The notes: generated by a model not told the origin, from the sequence alone. DNA of 57,683 nt from Candidatus Aenigmatarchaeota archaeon (GCA_015520105.1 WAQT01000059.1:1-57683), one strand, 5' to 3'. Counted from the stretch's first letter, positions 1 to 9,364 are shown. Translations and numbers: made by a program.

Positions 1-2349
1 GGCGTATATAACGAACTGGAGGTTAGCGCTATGGTGGTTGAGGATACATCAAAGAAAGATTCCTATTTGCTTCCCGAGCTTAACGTGGCCTCTCCCCCTC
101 CGCCTCCTGTTCCCAAGGGGGAGATATGGATCGATAACGCGGAGGTCTATCCTTCCGGCATCAATGTGGGCGAGTCCGCGACGCTGTCCGCCGACATACG
201 TTGCATGGGAGAGGAAAGCGCGTACTGCGGGAACATCACTGCCGCCGCGCGGTTGGGGACGGACACCCTTCCTGAAGGGAGCGGGGATCTCTACGCTGAC
301 GCGAATCCCAAGGATTCAGGGAACTTCTCCTGCCTGGGGAATATGGCGTATGGGGACTCCTGCCATGTCCAGTGGACGCTCACAGGAACTGTTGCGAACA
401 CATACACAAACCTCAACGTGCTTGCGGAGTCGGACAATCCTGACGTTGATAGCAATTATTCTGACAGTAGAGTGCTTGATGTCCAGAATCCCGAATTTCA
501 GCAGACCCCTAAACTGGTTATCGGCGCTATGAATAACCTTTCCAATGAACTCGGAACCCCCTTCAGCGTGTCCGCAACCGTCTACTGCTATTACGGTGAG
601 TGCGGGAGCGTGAGCGCTTGGCTTGAGTACAGGAGGCAGGGAGGCCAGTGGGAAACTATGGAAGCGTCCGGCCCCATCTCCACAGAACAGAACACCCAGA
701 GCTTTTCTCTTGCCGAGGGAGAAAGCAGAACATTGTCATGGAATGTGAACTCGTCCGAGACAGGGAGCTATGAGATAAGGGTGGTCGCGGACGCGGCAAG
801 CGGGGACGTGTCCGACTCCGACATGGTATTCGGAGCAGAGATATACCTCAGCTCGAACATAGAGATAGAGATTCTCTCTCCGGCAGCGCACTCGATATTT
901 TCAAGAGGAGAAGAAATCCTTCTGAAGGCGAGGGTAACGGACAACGGCGAGCCGAAGCCGGGGATGGGCGTCATGGTTTCCTCGCTGTTATTTGGTCAGG
1001 CGCTGCTGGACGATAACGGAGACGGAACGTACTCGTCCACGGTCTCGGCCGGGAGAGATGACGCGGACGGAAGCTATGTCCTGACGTTCTCCGCGCAGGA
1101 CAAGGAGAAGATGGTTGAGATTAACATAGACTCCTCGCTCGGGGTTCAGCTCTCGACAGACAGGCAGGAATACGAACTCTCGGACACGGTCTCCCTGTCC
1201 GGAAGCGTGAGCAGGAAAGGTTCCGGGGCGCAGGCAACCGTTGAGCTGAGCATGGAATGCGGAGGATGGTCTGAGAACATTGGCAGCGTGAACACGGATT
1301 CCGGAGGCAGCTTCTCCTATACCTTTCCCCTCTCCGATATAGTGCCCTCCGGAACATGCGCGGTGATAGCGGACGCCTCCGACAGCAACGGAAACTCTGG
1401 CAGGGGCGTCGCTCAGATAACTGTGCGGAAGTCGGAGTTTGACATATACGTTGTCAAAATCCTTTCACCAGTGAGCGGTCAGACGTTCCTGGAGGGGGAA
1501 AGTTTCGGAATAGAGGCGAGGGTTATGGATGGAGCAACCCCCCTCGAGGGATCGGAGGTCACGTGCACGTTCCAGGGAAAGGAGGTAACGCTCTCGGAGG
1601 AAGGGAACGGTGATTATTTCCTGAATACGTCATTGAATACACTCAGCGGTTCGGTCATTAAACCCGGGGAATACAACCACACGCTCTCCTGCATCGCAAG
1701 GAAGGGGGAGTTCTTCGGAAGGGGTTTCACCAGCGTGAGGATAAAGCCGAAACTCCTTGTATCCCTTATCCAGCCGAAGGGGAACGTGACAGAAACCGGA
1801 AAGAGCGTGCATTTCGTGGTGAGCGCCTTCTATTCGGACGGCATCCCGCTCGAGAACGGAAGCGTTGCGCTTGAGGTGAACGGCGAGGATATCATGCTCA
1901 ACAGCACGGGGAAGGGAATATACGAAGGAGACTATACGTTCAGGTCTTCCGGAGACAACCTTCTCAGCTTTGTGGCAAGGGATAATGAAGGTTACATGAA
2001 TGTCTATCAGGCAACCATATCCTCCATAGCAATGGTAGGAGTGAACTGGCCCGGCATAGGCATGATAATCGCAGGCCTCTCGGTTCTTCTCTCCATCGGC
2101 GCGATGAAGAAGGAGATGAAGAAGAAACAACCTGACAGGGCCTCCCTTCTGAAGGACAGAATAAAGGACCTCCAGAACGAGAAGAAGGCAGTGGAGAAGG
2201 CGAAGGAAGACGCGGAGATGGAATATTACCAGAGGAAGATAAACGAGAACGAGTTCAGGAGGATGATGGAGGAATACGAGAGGGAGCTTCTGGAGATAAA
2301 GGCAAGGATAAAGGAGTTCGAGTCCGAACTCAAATCTGCAAAGAAGTGA
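1..2349 (+). CDS. Large surface protein with Ig-like/CARDB-type beta-sandwich repeats, a C-terminal TM helix and a cytoplasmic K/E-rich coiled coil. Probably 5'-truncated by the window edge.
   Basis: ORF track 31..2349. The frame stays open back to nt 1 (GVYNELEVSA precedes M31), and the M31 product has no signal peptide although the bulk should be extracellular. Hydrophobic span VNWPGIGMIIAGLSVLLSIGA is followed by KKEMKKKQ and a heptad-like tail. GGAGGT 8 nt before ATG31 keeps 31 as an alternative start. Confidence 0.55.
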   Translation, partial: GVYNELEVSAMVVEDTSKKDSYLLPELNVASPPPPPVPKGEIWIDNAEVYPSGINVGESATLSADIRCMGEESAYCGNITAAARLGTDTLPEGSGDLYADANPKDSGNFSCLGNMAYGDSCHVQWTLTGTVANTYTNLNVLAESDNPDVDSNYSDSRVLDVQNPEFQQTPKLVIGAMNNLSNELGTPFSVSATVYCYYGECGSVSAWLEYRRQGGQWETMEASGPISTEQNTQSFSLAEGESRTLSWNVNSSETGSYEIRVVADAASGDVSDSDMVFGAEIYLSSNIEIEILSPAAHSIFSRGEEILLKARVTDNGEPKPGMGVMVSSLLFGQALLDDNGDGTYSSTVSAGRDDADGSYVLTFSAQDKEKMVEINIDSSLGVQLSTDRQEYELSDTVSLSGSVSRKGSGAQATVELSMECGGWSENIGSVNTDSGGSFSYTFPLSDIVPSGTCAVIADASDSNGNSGRGVAQITVRKSEFDIYVVKILSPVSGQTFLEGESFGIEARVMDGATPLEGSEVTCTFQGKEVTLSEEGNGDYFLNTSLNTLSGSVIKPGEYNHTLSCIARKGEFFGRGFTSVRIKPKLLVSLIQPKGNVTETGKSVHFVVSAFYSDGIPLENGSVALEVNGEDIMLNSTGKGIYEGDYTFRSSGDNLLSFVARDNEGYMNVYQATISSIAMVGVNWPGIGMIIAGLSVLLSIGAMKKEMKKKQPDRASLLKDRIKDLQNEKKAVEKAKEDAEMEYYQRKINENEFRRMMEEYERELLEIKARIKEFESELKSAKK

Positions 2350-2392
2350 TAGTTTTATTAGAAACAGCAGACAAATATTCCATAGGGATGGC

Positions 2393-3064
2393 ATGAGGGT
2401 TCCAACAGGAATACCGGGGCTTGACGAGCTTATAGAGGGAGGAATAGAGGAAGGAACCACGAACCTGATCACAGGAAAGACAGGAACGTGCAAATCCATA
2501 TTCTGCATGCAGTTTCTCTACAACGGCATAATGAAGCACAGGCAGAAGGGCCTCTACATAACCACTGAAGAGACAGCAACAAACATAAAGAGGCAGGCTG
2601 CGAGGTTCGGGTGGGACTTCGAGACCCTTGAAAAGAAGGGATGGCTGATAATCCTTGAGTTCCAGCCGTTCGACGTGCAGACGCTCACAACGAAGATGGT
2701 AGAGGCGGTGAACAAGATAGACGCGAAAAGGATTGTGATAGACTCCGTTAGCATGCTCGAACTCTACATACACGACACATTCGAGATAAGGAAGGGTCTG
2801 TTCAAGGTGGTGCAGAAGATAAGGGACATGGGAAAGGTCGGACTGTTCACGTCTGAAGTTCAGGAGGAAAGCAACAACCTGTCGAGATTCGGCCTGATAG
2901 AGTTTATGGTGGACGGCGTCATAGTCCTGCAGTACATGGGGCTTGCGAAGTACAAGAGGAGTCTCATGGTCAGGAAGATGAGGATGACCAACCACTCGTC
3001 CAACATACACCCCTTTGAGATAGGAAATGACGGGATGAGGGTATTGCCCATAAGAGGCGGATAA
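2393..3064 (+). CDS. KaiC-like RecA-superfamily ATPase (single domain)
   Basis: N-terminus MRVPTGIPGLDELIEGGIEEGTTNLITGKTGTCKS is typical of KaiC/RadB-type ATPases. Walker B-like RIVIDSVS is present. Walker A reads GKTGTCKS, with Cys where the conserved Gly precedes Lys. Confidence 0.75.
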   Translation: MRVPTGIPGLDELIEGGIEEGTTNLITGKTGTCKSIFCMQFLYNGIMKHRQKGLYITTEETATNIKRQAARFGWDFETLEKKGWLIILEFQPFDVQTLTTKMVEAVNKIDAKRIVIDSVSMLELYIHDTFEIRKGLFKVVQKIRDMGKVGLFTSEVQEESNNLSRFGLIEFMVDGVIVLQYMGLAKYKRSLMVRKMRMTNHSSNIHPFEIGNDGMRVLPIRGG

Positions 3065-3133
3065 CACCGGAATACCGGAATCCTCCTCCCGAAAACGTTT
3101 TATTGCAGAAAGGAAAAGAATCATGGGATAGGA

Positions 3134-4330
3134 ATGTCTATGTTTTCTCATTCCCGGCTCCTGACGTTCGAGCAGTGCGGTCTCAGATACAAATTCAGGT
3201 ACATAGACAAGCTTGAGACAGAGGTTGAGAGGAGCGTGGAGGCGTTTCTCGGTTCCATGGTTCACGAAACGCTCGAGAAGCTTTACAAAGACCTGATGTT
3301 CCAGAAGCTCAACACCGAGGAGGAGATTCTGGAATGGTACAACGAGAGATGGAGGAAGATGTGGAATGACGGTATACTGATAGTGAGGAACGAATACGGG
3401 CCCGAGAATTACAGGATGATGGGAGAAAGATTCATCCGGGACTACTACAGGAGGTATCATCCCTTCGACAGACCGAGAACAATAGGTCTGGAGATTCCGG
3501 TGAAGATAAGACTGGACAATGAGGGAAGATATTTGATGAGGGGTTATATAGACAGGCTCGCCTATGCAGGAAACGGGGTGTACGAGATTCACGACTACAA
3601 GACGAACGGTTCCCTTCCCGTAAACGAGTATCTCGAGAAGGACAGGCAGCTCGCACTGTACGCAATAGCTGTGAAGCAGAACTACAGCGATGCGAAGAGA
3701 GTGAAGCTGGTGTGGCATTTCCTCGCGCACGACAAGGAAATTGTTATGGAGAAGAGCGACGAGCAGCTTGAGAAGCTCAGGAAAGAGACGATAGAGCTGA
3801 TAGACAGGATAAACTCTGCTAAGGAATTCAGGCCGAGGGAATCCGCGATATGCGACTGGTGCGAGTTCAGGTCTCACTGCCCCCTATGGTCGCACATAAG
3901 CAGGGTTGAGAATCTTGAACCGAACGAGTATCTGAACGACCCCGGAGTAAAGCTTGTTAACAGGTACGCTGAACTTGTGGTAAAGAAGAAGGAGCTCACG
4001 GACGAGATAGAGAAGGTCAGGGAGGCGATAGTGAAATTCTCGGACAGGACAGGAAGCAGCGTGATAGCAGGCTCAGACGTCGTGGTGAAGGTCTGGAAGG
4101 GCGAGAGGATAAAGCTTCCCGGAAAGAATGAGAGTGAGAGAGTTGCCGTGGAGGAGATACTCAGGGATGCCGGCCTCCTTGAGGAATTCTCCACAATAGA
4201 CGCGTACGGCCTGTCAAGAGCGATATCCTCTGGAATGGTTCCGGAAGATGTGGTGAAGAGGCTGGAGAGGTTCGTGTCCCGTGAAAGGATAGAGAGACTC
4301 TACCTGAGAGACGTTCAGAAGGAAGAGTAG
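3134..4330 (+). CDS. PD-(D/E)XK nuclease, Cas4/RecB-like, with a 4-Cys Fe-S motif and a ~140 aa C-terminal extension
   Basis: N-terminal Cys (FEQCGLRY) plus CDWCEFRSHC (CX2CX5C). Nuclease core is IDRL...YEIHDYKT. No CRISPR array or other cas genes are in the window. Confidence 0.7.
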   Translation: MSMFSHSRLLTFEQCGLRYKFRYIDKLETEVERSVEAFLGSMVHETLEKLYKDLMFQKLNTEEEILEWYNERWRKMWNDGILIVRNEYGPENYRMMGERFIRDYYRRYHPFDRPRTIGLEIPVKIRLDNEGRYLMRGYIDRLAYAGNGVYEIHDYKTNGSLPVNEYLEKDRQLALYAIAVKQNYSDAKRVKLVWHFLAHDKEIVMEKSDEQLEKLRKETIELIDRINSAKEFRPRESAICDWCEFRSHCPLWSHISRVENLEPNEYLNDPGVKLVNRYAELVVKKKELTDEIEKVREAIVKFSDRTGSSVIAGSDVVVKVWKGERIKLPGKNESERVAVEEILRDAGLLEEFSTIDAYGLSRAISSGMVPEDVVKRLERFVSRERIERLYLRDVQKEE

Positions 4331-4419
4331 CGGTTTTTGCGGTCTATAGAAGGGTCCTGATACCAATTGGGAGAAAAAATACGGCAAACAATATGCGATA
4401 TTTATCAGCCCCAGCGTGT

Positions 4420-4725
4420 TCAGAAGAACTTCAGGCCTTCCGCGGCATCGTCCTCGCTGCTGTTTTGAGTGTTTGACGTGTTCTGGTAGTTGTAGGGGTT
4501 CGGGGCCTGCGTGGCAGTCTGCGCAGGAGCAAAGGAAGCGGTCTGGACGTGGGGTTGTTTCTTCCTGCTGTTCAGGTCGTCCACAACGAGCCGGGAGAAC
4601 CTCTCGCTGCACGCCCTGCAGGTGTATATCGCCTTGAGAAGTATGCTTGCGGGCTCGGAAGATATGAGCTGCACAAGCTCCTCGTCCGAGAGATAGGAAC
4701 CGCCGCCGCACTTCGGGCATTCCAT
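4420..4725 (-). CDS. Small zinc-ribbon protein with a Q/N/T-rich linker and an acidic C-terminal tail ending in FF
   Basis: CPKCG...CRAC four-Cys ribbon, a low-complexity middle and the tail SSEDDAAEGLKFF. Other overlapping ORFs in 4214..4841 look like frame shadows. Confidence 0.5.
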   Translation of the reverse strand: MECPKCGGGSYLSDEELVQLISSEPASILLKAIYTCRACSERFSRLVVDDLNSRKKQPHVQTASFAPAQTATQAPNPYNYQNTSNTQNSSEDDAAEGLKFF

Positions 4726-4771
4726 GCTAATATTTGGGTTTCAAAGAATTTAAAAGGATTTGGGATCCACA

Positions 4772-5929
4772 CTACCTGTAGTTGAAATTTCCGTGCGCGG
4801 TCTCCAGACGGACCTTGTTTTTTCCTCTGGCCCTTCTGCACTCGCCTATTCTTGACGCTTCTATACAGAAATCCTCCTTGACGTATTCTGTTATCTCCGA
4901 AGAAGCGGCCGGGTCGGCGTATATCTCTGCTCCTGTTCCCATATTGAAATCAATGTACATCTCCCTCCATGGGACGTTTCCGTGCTCCTGAATAAGCCCG
5001 AATATTGCAGGCGGCTCTGGAAGATTATCCTTCACGTAATGTATGCCTCTGCCCACCCTCAGGCATTTGGTGTGACCTCCTCCTGTGTTGAAGACGATGC
5101 CGTGAACAGCATCTCCGAATGTTTCGATTATTCCTTTGAATACAGGCGCGAATATTCTTGTAGGCCTTGTCAGTTCCTCGCCCACTGTTCCTTCAATATC
5201 ATCAACACGGTCTGTCGGAGAGAACGGGCCGTAGTATTCCTTTCCCGGTTCCCTTATCTCAGGATACTTCTCGCCAAACTCCGGTTTCATGAGACAGTGT
5301 CTTGCAAGAGTAAGCCCGTTGCTCATGATTGCGCCGGCGGGTTTCCTCTCGTATATTGCCTGTCCGCCGCTTTCAATCCCGATGATGACGTCTCCCGGTC
5401 GGACATCATCTCCGGTGATAACCGAATCCAGCCTGTATCTGGCATAGATTGCACCGGAGACATCGAATGTTTTTAGCTGGTCCGGGAGGTCGGCAGTCTC
5501 GCCTCCTGCAAATCTTATGTTGATTCCGTAATCATTCATCATGTCAAAGAGTTCTTTCCACTCTTCCGCAAGTATCTCGAGAACATCCTTCTTGGGAACG
5601 TGCAGTCCGTTTATCGCAACATAATCTACAAAGCTGCCTGATACAGGCACGCCGACAGCGAATGAGTCTCCGATGTTCATTGCCAGGGTGTCCTGAGCCA
5701 CTCCTCTGAAGGCCTCTATGTCCCCGGTCTCTTTCCAGTTCAGGTAGTTCTGGACAGGTTTGCTTCCGGCTCCGTCGGAATGATGCACGAATCCGTATCC
5801 CGGCATGCCCGGCTCGGGATGAATGTCGCAGAAGGCATGCTCATAAAGTCCTGAAACAGCCTCCTTGAATGCTTCTATGCCGGACTTGTGGACGTCAACT
5901 CCCAGGTCACCGTATCTCGACCTTGACAT
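4772..5929 (-). CDS. purM: PurM-family AIR synthase-related protein (phosphoribosylformylglycinamidine cyclo-ligase-like)
   Basis: N-terminal LGVDVHKSG and HHSDGAGSKP resemble the PurM GVDI and DGVGTK motifs. The length and two-domain layout fit the PurM/AIRS fold. Confidence 0.6.
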   Translation of the reverse strand: MSRSRYGDLGVDVHKSGIEAFKEAVSGLYEHAFCDIHPEPGMPGYGFVHHSDGAGSKPVQNYLNWKETGDIEAFRGVAQDTLAMNIGDSFAVGVPVSGSFVDYVAINGLHVPKKDVLEILAEEWKELFDMMNDYGINIRFAGGETADLPDQLKTFDVSGAIYARYRLDSVITGDDVRPGDVIIGIESGGQAIYERKPAGAIMSNGLTLARHCLMKPEFGEKYPEIREPGKEYYGPFSPTDRVDDIEGTVGEELTRPTRIFAPVFKGIIETFGDAVHGIVFNTGGGHTKCLRVGRGIHYVKDNLPEPPAIFGLIQEHGNVPWREMYIDFNMGTGAEIYADPAASSEITEYVKEDFCIEASRIGECRRARGKNKVRLETAHGNFNYR

Positions 5930-5997
5930 AAACCTCGGTTATCTATTGACAGAAAGATTTTAATAAGGAACTTTTCATGTTAAGAAGAAATACTTGA

Positions 5998-6225
5998 TTA
6001 CTGCTTCTCCTTCTCAATCACTGTATAGCCGCACTTTCCGCAGTACTCCCTGTTTCTGTGCTGCGAGAGCCATGTTCCATCCCCGCATCTCGGGCAGGGC
6101 TTCCTCTTCCTTTTCACGGAGTCTCCGCTGACCTCGTACATCTCGTGAGCCTTCACTGTGCTGTGCTTCTTTCCTGTCCTCTGCTTCTTCGGCTTCCTCT
6201 TCGCTTCCTTTCCTTTCTTGGCCAT
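5998..6225 (-). CDS. rps27ae: Ribosomal protein eS31 (S27ae)
   Basis: Basic N-terminus plus the zinc ribbon CPRCGDGTWLSQHRNREYCGKCG. Lies in the conserved rpoE'-spt4-S24e-S27ae cluster. Confidence 0.9.
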   Translation of the reverse strand: MAKKGKEAKRKPKKQRTGKKHSTVKAHEMYEVSGDSVKRKRKPCPRCGDGTWLSQHRNREYCGKCGYTVIEKEKQ

Positions 6226-6242
6226 AATATATCACGTGCTGT

Positions 6243-6716
6243 TTATCCTTCCTTTTTCTCTTCCTTGCCTTCCTCCTGTGGTTGCTCCGAAGACGATGAA
6301 TCCCCGGTTCCGGACTCCTGCTCTCCCTGAGCATTCCCGGGCGTTTCTGCCTCTGTTTTCTCGCCCGCGTTTTTCTCTCCTGCTCCCTCAGAGGCTCCGG
6401 CTTCTGATTTCTCCGCCTCGGGCTTCTCCTCTTCCTTGGGCGGCTTTGTTCTTCTCTTCATCATTTCTGCCTTGTGCTTCGGCACGTCCTCCGGTTTCGC
6501 GTACACCCTTGCTTTTGCTTCGGAGAGGTTTCCTCCGGCCTTGGTGATTATCCTCTCTATCACTATCACGTCCTCCTTTGCCTTGAGGAGCTTCGAAAGC
6601 TCCTGAAGAAGGGAGTGCCTCGATGGAGTCGGGGCTCCGGGATGTTGTATTGAGAGGGAGACCTCTTCCCTGTTCATGAGAGGGTTCTTCTTCCTTGATA
6701 GAACATCGATTTTCAC
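6243..6716 (-). CDS. rps24e: Ribosomal protein eS24 with a ~55 aa acidic low-complexity C-terminal extension
   Basis: MKIDVLSRKKNPLMNREEVSLSIQHPGAPTPSR... is typical of S24e. The tail KEEEKPEAEKSEAGASEG... is additional. Confidence 0.9.
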   Translation of the reverse strand: MKIDVLSRKKNPLMNREEVSLSIQHPGAPTPSRHSLLQELSKLLKAKEDVIVIERIITKAGGNLSEAKARVYAKPEDVPKHKAEMMKRRTKPPKEEEKPEAEKSEAGASEGAGEKNAGEKTEAETPGNAQGEQESGTGDSSSSEQPQEEGKEEKKEG

Positions 6717-6732
6717 ACAATCACCTTCTCAG

Positions 6733-6921
6733 CTATTTCACCCATATAGTGTATTTCCCCGGAACCGTTATTCCGAGAGTCTTTGCCACCTCGCTCTCCT
6801 TTGGGTCATTTATCACAATCACGCCCTTCCAGCTCCTTGAGAAACTGGACTGGCCGCACACAGGGCACTTGTTTCCTTCAACGAACCTTCTGCAGTTCCT
6901 GCACACCTTTCCCTTCACCAT
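6733..6921 (-). CDS. spt4: Transcription elongation factor Spt4 / RNA polymerase subunit E''
   Basis: 62 aa with zinc ribbon CRNCRRFVEGNKCPVCG. Sits immediately downstream of rpoE'. Confidence 0.85.
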   Translation of the reverse strand: MVKGKVCRNCRRFVEGNKCPVCGQSSFSRSWKGVIVINDPKESEVAKTLGITVPGKYTIWVK

Positions 6922-6925
6922 GAAA

Positions 6926-7537
6926 TCACTTCTTCAGGTCTGACTTTTTCTCTTCCTGGGGCTGCTTGGCCTCTGTCTTCGGCTGGGACTTTGCTTTCTC
7001 CTTTGCCTTCTCTTTGTACCAGTGGATGCATCCAAGACCGGGCTGCCTTGTGGTTAAGCCTATCTTGTACTGGTTCTTTCCCATTGAAAGGGAGATAACC
7101 CTTGCGAGGACATCGTCTCCTTCCTTCATTGTCCTTTTCGTATCCCTTCCGAGGAAAACCCTGTTTTTCGCATCGTAAGAGACAAAATCGTCCATTATCT
7201 GGGAGACGTGAACCATGCCGTCTACAGGGCCTATCCTCACGAATACCCCGAACTCCGTGACGTCTATCACATAGCCCTTCGCGAGGTCATGAAGCTCCGG
7301 ATAGAACACAAGAAGCTCGAATTCCACAGGATAATGTATCGCTCCGTCTCCGGGAAGTATCTTACCCTCTCCTATCTCTCCCACGGACGTGACCGAGAGT
7401 ATCACTCCGAGATTCCGGTCTATCATTCCCTCCCACACGTCCTCGAGACTGGATTTGACAGCATCCTTGACGCTCATCCCGAACTTCGAGGGAGGAACCC
7501 TTACCCTGTCAGCAACAGTGAGTATCTTGTACATCAT
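6926..7537 (-). CDS. rpoE: RNA polymerase subunit Rpo7 (E') with S1 domain
   Basis: N-terminus MYKILTVADRVRVPPSKFG and the S1-like segment GYVIDVTEFGVFVRIGPVDGMVHVSQI. Confidence 0.9.
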   Translation of the reverse strand: MMYKILTVADRVRVPPSKFGMSVKDAVKSSLEDVWEGMIDRNLGVILSVTSVGEIGEGKILPGDGAIHYPVEFELLVFYPELHDLAKGYVIDVTEFGVFVRIGPVDGMVHVSQIMDDFVSYDAKNRVFLGRDTKRTMKEGDDVLARVISLSMGKNQYKIGLTTRQPGLGCIHWYKEKAKEKAKSQPKTEAKQPQEEKKSDLKK

Positions 7538-7566
7538 TCCACAAGCTGAATATTGTTCACAAAGAG

Positions 7567-7580
7567 ATATAAAATATTAT
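7567..7580 (-). promoter_or_regulatory. TATA-like box for the rpoE'-spt4-S24e-S27ae operon
   Basis: ATAATATTTTATAT on the minus strand, about 30 nt upstream of the rpoE' ATG. Confidence 0.4.
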
Positions 7581-7587
7581 GGGTGCT

Positions 7588-7603
7588 CTTTAAATATTTA
7601 AAG
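7588..7603 (+). promoter_or_regulatory. Perfectly palindromic TATA box (CTTTAAATATTTAAAG) for sufS
   Basis: 16-bp perfect palindrome ending 25 nt upstream of ATG 7628. This argues against the longer track start at 7553. Confidence 0.45.
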
Positions 7604-7627
7604 ACAATGTTTACAGAAGGCGGTTTC

Positions 7628-8830
7628 ATGGACGCGGAAAAGATAAGAGGCGATTTCCCAATTCTGCAGAGGAGAGTCGGAGGGAAACCAATCGTTTATT
7701 TTGACAATGCCTGCATGACGCTGAAGCCTGTCCATGTTATGGAGGCGATGAACAGATATTACATGGAGTTCAGCGCATGCGTGGGAAGGAGCGGTCACAG
7801 GCTGAGTTCCGAGGCTGAGGAGGCATGGGCGGAGTCGAGAAAGACTATAGGGAAGCACGTAGGCGCGAAAAAGAGCGAGGAGATAGTGTTCACGAGGAAC
7901 ACGACTGAGGGAATAAACATCGTGGCCCGCTGCCTCGGCCTACGGAAGGGAGATGTTGTGGTCACAAGCGACAGGGAGCACAACTCCAACCTAGTTCCAT
8001 GGCAGACTCTCTCTAAAGAAGGGGTGGAGCACAGGATATTCAAGGCAGGAGATTCTTTTGATATCGCGGAATTCGAAGAGGTTATGGACAGGAACGTTAA
8101 GCTGGTTTCGGTCGTGCATACCTCAAATCTCGACGGCGTCACACTTCCCCTGAAGGAGATAAGCAGGCTGGCCCATGATTATGGAGCTCTGGTTCTCGCG
8201 GACGGCGCGCAGGCTGTTCCCCACAAGGATGTGAACGTCCGGAAACTCGGCGTGGATTTCTATGCATTCTCCGGCCACAAGATGCTCGGTCCGACTGGGA
8301 CTGGGGCGCTTTACGGCAGGTATGAGCTTCTCGAGAGAATGGAGCCGCTTATCTCAGGAGGGGACACCGTGGAGTACAGCACATACAGTGGACATAAATT
8401 CCTCAAACCCCCCGAGAGGTTCGAGGCGGGCCTGCAGGACTATGCGGGAATGATAGGCTTCGCCGAGGCTGCGAGGTACCTCGACAGGGTCGGGAAGGAG
8501 AGAGTAGAGAAGCACGTGGTTTATCTCAACAGGATTATAACAGAGGGTCTGTCCGGGATTGACGGATTGAGGATTCTGGGACCCGAGGAGGCGGAGCAGC
8601 GCTCCGGGATATTCTCCTTCGTTCTTGAGGGAATGGGCTATCACGACGTGGCAATGCTTCTTGACAACAATGCAAACATAATGGTCAGGTCGGGACAGCA
8701 CTGCGTGCACTCGTGGTTCAGGGCGCACGGAATAGAGGGTTCTGTCAGGGCGTCCCTCTACCTCTATAACACCGAGGAAGAGGCTGAAAGCTTCGTGGAC
8801 GAGGTCCGGAAGATAGCGAAACTGAGGTAG
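7628..8830 (+). CDS. sufS: Cysteine desulfurase, class-V aminotransferase (SufS/CsdA-like)
   Basis: FPILQRRVGGKPIVYFDNACMTLKP, HTSNLDG, PLP-lysine motif FSGHKMLGPTGTGALYG and active-site loop RSGQHC. Start moved to MDAEKIRGDF because of the TATA position. Confidence 0.85.
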   Translation: MDAEKIRGDFPILQRRVGGKPIVYFDNACMTLKPVHVMEAMNRYYMEFSACVGRSGHRLSSEAEEAWAESRKTIGKHVGAKKSEEIVFTRNTTEGINIVARCLGLRKGDVVVTSDREHNSNLVPWQTLSKEGVEHRIFKAGDSFDIAEFEEVMDRNVKLVSVVHTSNLDGVTLPLKEISRLAHDYGALVLADGAQAVPHKDVNVRKLGVDFYAFSGHKMLGPTGTGALYGRYELLERMEPLISGGDTVEYSTYSGHKFLKPPERFEAGLQDYAGMIGFAEAARYLDRVGKERVEKHVVYLNRIITEGLSGIDGLRILGPEEAEQRSGIFSFVLEGMGYHDVAMLLDNNANIMVRSGQHCVHSWFRAHGIEGSVRASLYLYNTEEEAESFVDEVRKIAKLR

Positions 8831-8875
8831 GAACATTTTTATTGATGTTATGCAAAATAATGCACAGCGTTTAAA

Positions 8876-9364
8876 GTGATGTTCATGTCAGTATGCGTTG
8901 CTGCTCTTGTGGTGCTGGCTTTCCTGGGCATATTCTCCGCGAAGTACAGGAGATGGGCAAGGGAGGCTTTCGATTGCGTTACGAGAAGGCTCACGCTCAG
9001 GCCATGCAGGACAGGCTTTAACACCAAGGTCAAGGCAAAGATAACCTCAAAGCTTATGAAGAGGCATCCCGGGATTGCGAGGTTCACGCTGAGGCATTTC
9101 GAGGCAATATCATGGGCGTTCACTGCATTGCTTTTTGTCTCGCTTTTGCTTACAATAACAAGCGCGTTCAATCTTGCAGTCTACGGGACGTGCGACCCTC
9201 AGAATCCGGACCAATGCGTGTTCAATCCGCAAAACTATAAGATAGAGTGCCCTGACAACTGCACTCCATGCACATGCGCTAACGAAACGCTGTGCGAAAA
9301 AGGAATTGCTCCTCCCTGCCCGGAATGCGAGGGAGGGCTTGAAAGGAATGTGATGAGAGGGTAG
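8876..9364 (+). CDS. Hypothetical membrane protein with a Cys-rich C-terminal domain
   Basis: Two hydrophobic helices, then CDPQNPDQCVFNPQNYKIECPDNCTPCTCANETLCEKGIAPPCPECEG. Confidence 0.5.
   Translation: MMFMSVCVAALVVLAFLGIFSAKYRRWAREAFDCVTRRLTLRPCRTGFNTKVKAKITSKLMKRHPGIARFTLRHFEAISWAFTALLFVSLLLTITSAFNLAVYGTCDPQNPDQCVFNPQNYKIECPDNCTPCTCANETLCEKGIAPPCPECEGGLERNVMRG

Noticed and set aside
2330-3877. 515-aa minus-strand ORF spanning the KaiC-like and nuclease genes
   Set aside because: It lies antisense to two ORFs with clear family motifs. Its translation is low-complexity (L/V/P/H/Y-rich) with no recognisable domain. This is a typical shadow frame of GAR/AAG-rich coding DNA.
4420-4450. PCNA-interacting (PIP) box at the C-terminus of the zinc-ribbon protein
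   Set aside because: The tail AAEGLKFF does not fit Qxx[LIM]xx[FY][FY]. There is no Gln, and the Leu is one residue too close to the FF.
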